A stretch of DNA of 64,000 nt from Candidatus Latescibacterota bacterium. GTDB lineage: Bacteria > Latescibacterota > UBA2968 > GCA-2709665. This document shows, one piece after another, positions 60,991 to 64,000 of the stretch; positions within the stretch are counted from its first letter, which is position 1; each line of letters opens with the position of its first letter. The stretch is from assembly GCA_963667175.2 (NCBI GenBank), contig CAXXXF010000015.1, positions 64,001 through 128,000 on the forward strand, given 5' to 3'. The notes under the pieces are model-generated. The model was not told where the DNA came from and made no database searches. It worked only from the letters and a program-made list of their open reading frames with translations. A program made the position numbers and the translations under genes.

Positions 60991-63900
60991 CTATCGGTTA
61001 GATGAACTGTGTGGAACATCGTTTTTGGAGTTCAGGAACCCCTTCAATCTCCTGTCCCTATACGAGTAAGCACCTGAAATCTCCAGTCTACCGTGGTACT
61101 CCGACGCCATCTCCTTCCCAATTACCTGCTTTTCCCCGACGACGGTCCAACATAGCGTCAATTCTTCATCTTTAAGGTACTGTCTCAGCAGATCCTCGCG
61201 CAGCAGCAACGAGCACGGTCCTTCTTTGTGTGCAGTCGGATCGAAGGCCGCTAGCCTGCCATCACTGTCAACGTAGTCGGATGCCTGTCCCGTCCACTTG
61301 AGATCAAGCTTCTCGAGGATGTTGTGAACGGGTAGCCGTAGGGAATAGCTGTCATCCAGCGAACAGTCAAAACCGGTGTATTCTCTCGTGTAATGCCAAG
61401 TCGCGAGACGGACGGATGCGGGGCAGGCGCGTTCCGGTTTTTTCCAATTGGCGCTACCGAGATACGGCCGAATAGTAGATTTGAACGCCGGCGCCCATCC
61501 GTACTCACCGAGAAAGATCTCGTAACTCCCGGGCGGCTCAGGCATCCAACGCCCATAGAAACTAACGTCTCTAGCCCACCCCATAAAGGCGTTCGCGCGA
61601 TCGGAACGAATGAAAAAACCAGTACAGATCAGCCAGAATTCTCGTTGATCCGAATCGTATGGTTCTTGATCGGCAGGATGTGGCTGCCGCCAGACGTAAT
61701 ATCCATACGAATTGATCCAGCGCGTTCCGTCCGACGGGTTCGTCATGCACAAGAGATCTTCCACATTAGGGAAATCATCCTTGCGGCCTATCCAATCCTG
61801 ATGACAGACGTGTTCGTCCCATTTGTCATATAAAGATGGCGCCCACCACGATGAAGTATGGGAACCCCAAGTGTTACCACCCGGTGTTGACTGTAACATG
61901 CAGGAAGGATCTATATCTCTTAACCCCTCTTGCCATGGTCCTTCGAAAGCCTGATTGCCTTCGTCTTCTTGGAACGTCTCTCGATATTGAAAGTGGTCTG
62001 CAATATACGCGAGGATCTCATGGTAGGCAATCCACTGGTACTTTTTGCCGATGCGTTCTGGCTTTGACGCTTCTCTTCCATAATGCCTCACAGATCGGTC
62101 AAATTGGCCGAAACGCGCGGTTGTCCAGCCAAGATCGAATACTCGCCAAAGCACATATCGCTGGATCAGCGTTAATTGAAAACGTGGGGCGTGTTTGCCT
62201 TCATCTTGCAGGATTGAGTTGAACTCATTCAGATTCCTCCGAGAAAGAACCGCTCGAAGGTCGTTCAGCCCATTCTGTTTGGCTATCGACAGGTTCGAGA
62301 GGTCTTTTTCAGAGCGTACGAACTCATGCTCTACCACATTGCCACCAGTTTCCTCGGTATCCTCCTTAAACCACAATCTCACATTTTTCGAGTTTGCGTC
62401 ACGGAGAGCATCTTCGGCAGCCTTGTATTTTTTCCACGCATTACTCTCGTGTTCATTCAATTTCAACAACAGCGCCTCCATCCTAGCGTCAGGAGACCGC
62501 CATGGATCTTCGGTGATGGGTAACGATAGCCAGTTTGTAATGTTGGAATTCCTCCCGATCACATACCTCGAGAAGTCACCTGACGTCACGGACGATTCAA
62601 TCTTGCGCTTAGCAACATCGTTTTCCACTCTGTCGTCTTCCGCACTGCTATGAGCCATCAGTGATCGTGTTTCCTCTTCGGTCGGTATCGTCGGCCAGGT
62701 ACTCTTGTACGGCGGTCTAATCAGATCCACATTAATATCCAGGTCTGGATTCAAATGAATCGCCCGTTCAATAACACCACGCGCATTGTCACGGAGCAAA
62801 ATATGAACTGGGGGAGTTCCCATTGCGAATACTCGTTCGTATACAAATGATGCCAGCTTACCTACTTGAGTAGCGTCATGGCTACGCATTACGACGCCGT
62901 AAGCGACCGCATATACGCGTTCTGTTACATACGTGTCATCAATGTCTGAGAACCGGCCGACAAATCGCTCAGTCGCGGCCAATCGGCCGGTCAACAGAGA
63001 AACCAGCGCTTTGGTAGCCCGATCCCTCAGGAAACGCTGTGAGGTCGTGAGCATCCAACCAAGTGTAATCGAACACAACTCAGTTGTCTTATCGGCTAAA
63101 TTGCTATCCTCCCTTACTGTGGATGACCAGTCCAAAAGCCGTTTGACCGCACTCGATTCATCCCAAGCACCGTGAAGTACTGTGCTCCACCAAGCATCTC
63201 GATCAGGCATTGAATACCGGCGTAGCCATTTGTCCAATAACTCGGCATTGAATGGATGGTCTTCCAAAGTCGAGACGGTCAGCAATACTTCAATTCCGTC
63301 AAGAAGGTCGTCGGAGCTTTCGAAGATTTGGTTAATGATTTCTCGGGTCTTCTTTGAGAATGCATTGCTTCTTCGCCAAATGACGCTCTGCCAGATAGCA
63401 CCGATAACGTCTGATTGGGACAACGACAGTGGTGCGAGCTCCACCAATTCTTGACCGAATTTTTCCGGAACTTGGACGCATAGCGCTTCAATTAGGCCCG
63501 GTGGCACATACTTATCTGAGTCGCAGATGAATGAGAGAGGGTCTCCATCTTCGAAGGCGGACCGAAGAGCATTCTCGTCATGGTAAACACTAAGGAGGGA
63601 ATCAGCGATGATATAATCCGCGAAGCGATCATACGATATATAGACGATTTCTGCGTCCTTACTGTTTCTCTGCCAATTCATGCTTTCGGTCAGTATTCCT
63701 TCAACGACCAGACCACGGTAAAGCGATCGCTCAAACTCTCGATTGGGCAGGAGTTCGTTTACGATAGTTTCCGCGCGGTGTCTATCCAGCCAACGTTGAT
63801 CCGTCGCTGCCAGGTGGCCAACAAAGTTCTCAAGAGCTCGTCGAACGAGGTTGTCATTCGGATTAAAGCCAAGTGATTCGGCCAGGCGTTTGTTGATCGC

Positions 63901-64000
63901 AGTATGGAAGAGATCAAATACTGCCGTGATACCCTGAAAGCCACGAGGGAGTCTTCGTTGGCCAGTATCCTTTAGTCCTTGACACACGGTTTTTAAAAAA
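60991..64000 (-). CDS. C-terminal part of a large STAND/AVAST (Avs2-like) defence protein; N-terminus lies outside the window
   Basis: YDRFADY, RDAWWS, RDRATKAL, ERIGKKYQWIAYHE, RDIDPS. Confidence 0.6.
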   Translation of the reverse strand, partial: FLKTVCQGLKDTGQRRLPRGFQGITAVFDLFHTAINKRLAESLGFNPNDNLVRRALENFVGHLAATDQRWLDRHRAETIVNELLPNREFERSLYRGLVVEGILTESMNWQRNSKDAEIVYISYDRFADYIIADSLLSVYHDENALRSAFEDGDPLSFICDSDKYVPPGLIEALCVQVPEKFGQELVELAPLSLSQSDVIGAIWQSVIWRRSNAFSKKTREIINQIFESSDDLLDGIEVLLTVSTLEDHPFNAELLDKWLRRYSMPDRDAWWSTVLHGAWDESSAVKRLLDWSSTVREDSNLADKTTELCSITLGWMLTTSQRFLRDRATKALVSLLTGRLAATERFVGRFSDIDDTYVTERVYAVAYGVVMRSHDATQVGKLASFVYERVFAMGTPPVHILLRDNARGVIERAIHLNPDLDINVDLIRPPYKSTWPTIPTEEETRSLMAHSSAEDDRVENDVAKRKIESSVTSGDFSRYVIGRNSNITNWLSLPITEDPWRSPDARMEALLLKLNEHESNAWKKYKAAEDALRDANSKNVRLWFKEDTEETGGNVVEHEFVRSEKDLSNLSIAKQNGLNDLRAVLSRRNLNEFNSILQDEGKHAPRFQLTLIQRYVLWRVFDLGWTTARFGQFDRSVRHYGREASKPERIGKKYQWIAYHEILAYIADHFQYRETFQEDEGNQAFEGPWQEGLRDIDPSCMLQSTPGGNTWGSHTSSWWAPSLYDKWDEHVCHQDWIGRKDDFPNVEDLLCMTNPSDGTRWINSYGYYVWRQPHPADQEPYDSDQREFWLICTGFFIRSDRANAFMGWARDVSFYGRWMPEPPGSYEIFLGEYGWAPAFKSTIRPYLGSANWKKPERACPASVRLATWHYTREYTGFDCSLDDSYSLRLPVHNILEKLDLKWTGQASDYVDSDGRLAAFDPTAHKEGPCSLLLREDLLRQYLKDEELTLCWTVVGEKQVIGKEMASEYHGRLEISGAYSYRDRRLKGFLNSKNDVPHSSSNR

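Noticed and set aside
1-64000. tRNA, rRNA or riboswitch genes
   Set aside because: None was recognised by eye; tRNAscan-SE and Infernal are needed to exclude them

Overview
High-GC bacterial window in two parts. From 1 to about 38 kb it is mostly housekeeping: a B12-binding mutase subunit and meaB, an inserted XamI-type R-M cassette with a frameshifted nuclease, a probable colitose-type GDP-sugar cluster, LysR/fumC, frdABCD, PLP enzymes, an M16 peptidase, two PhyH-type dioxygenases and an RND efflux operon. From about 38 to 64 kb it is a decaying defence/toxin-antitoxin island. That island holds an intact IS3-like element with atypical ends, two DUF488 modules derived from type III R-M operons, a TIGR04255-led three-gene cassette, higBA, a Panacea pair, hicBA, a Zn-ribbon/HEPN gene, a TM-effector+TIR pair, a type III res gene whose mod survives only as a stub, and a partial Avs-like gene. 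The two most unusual signals are non-coding: (i) tiny CCTGCCTG...CAGGCAGG palindromes inserted without target duplication into genes and into each other, and (ii) four co-oriented composite repeats that divide the island into TA-like cassettes. All family assignments come from recalled motifs; no database searches were run.
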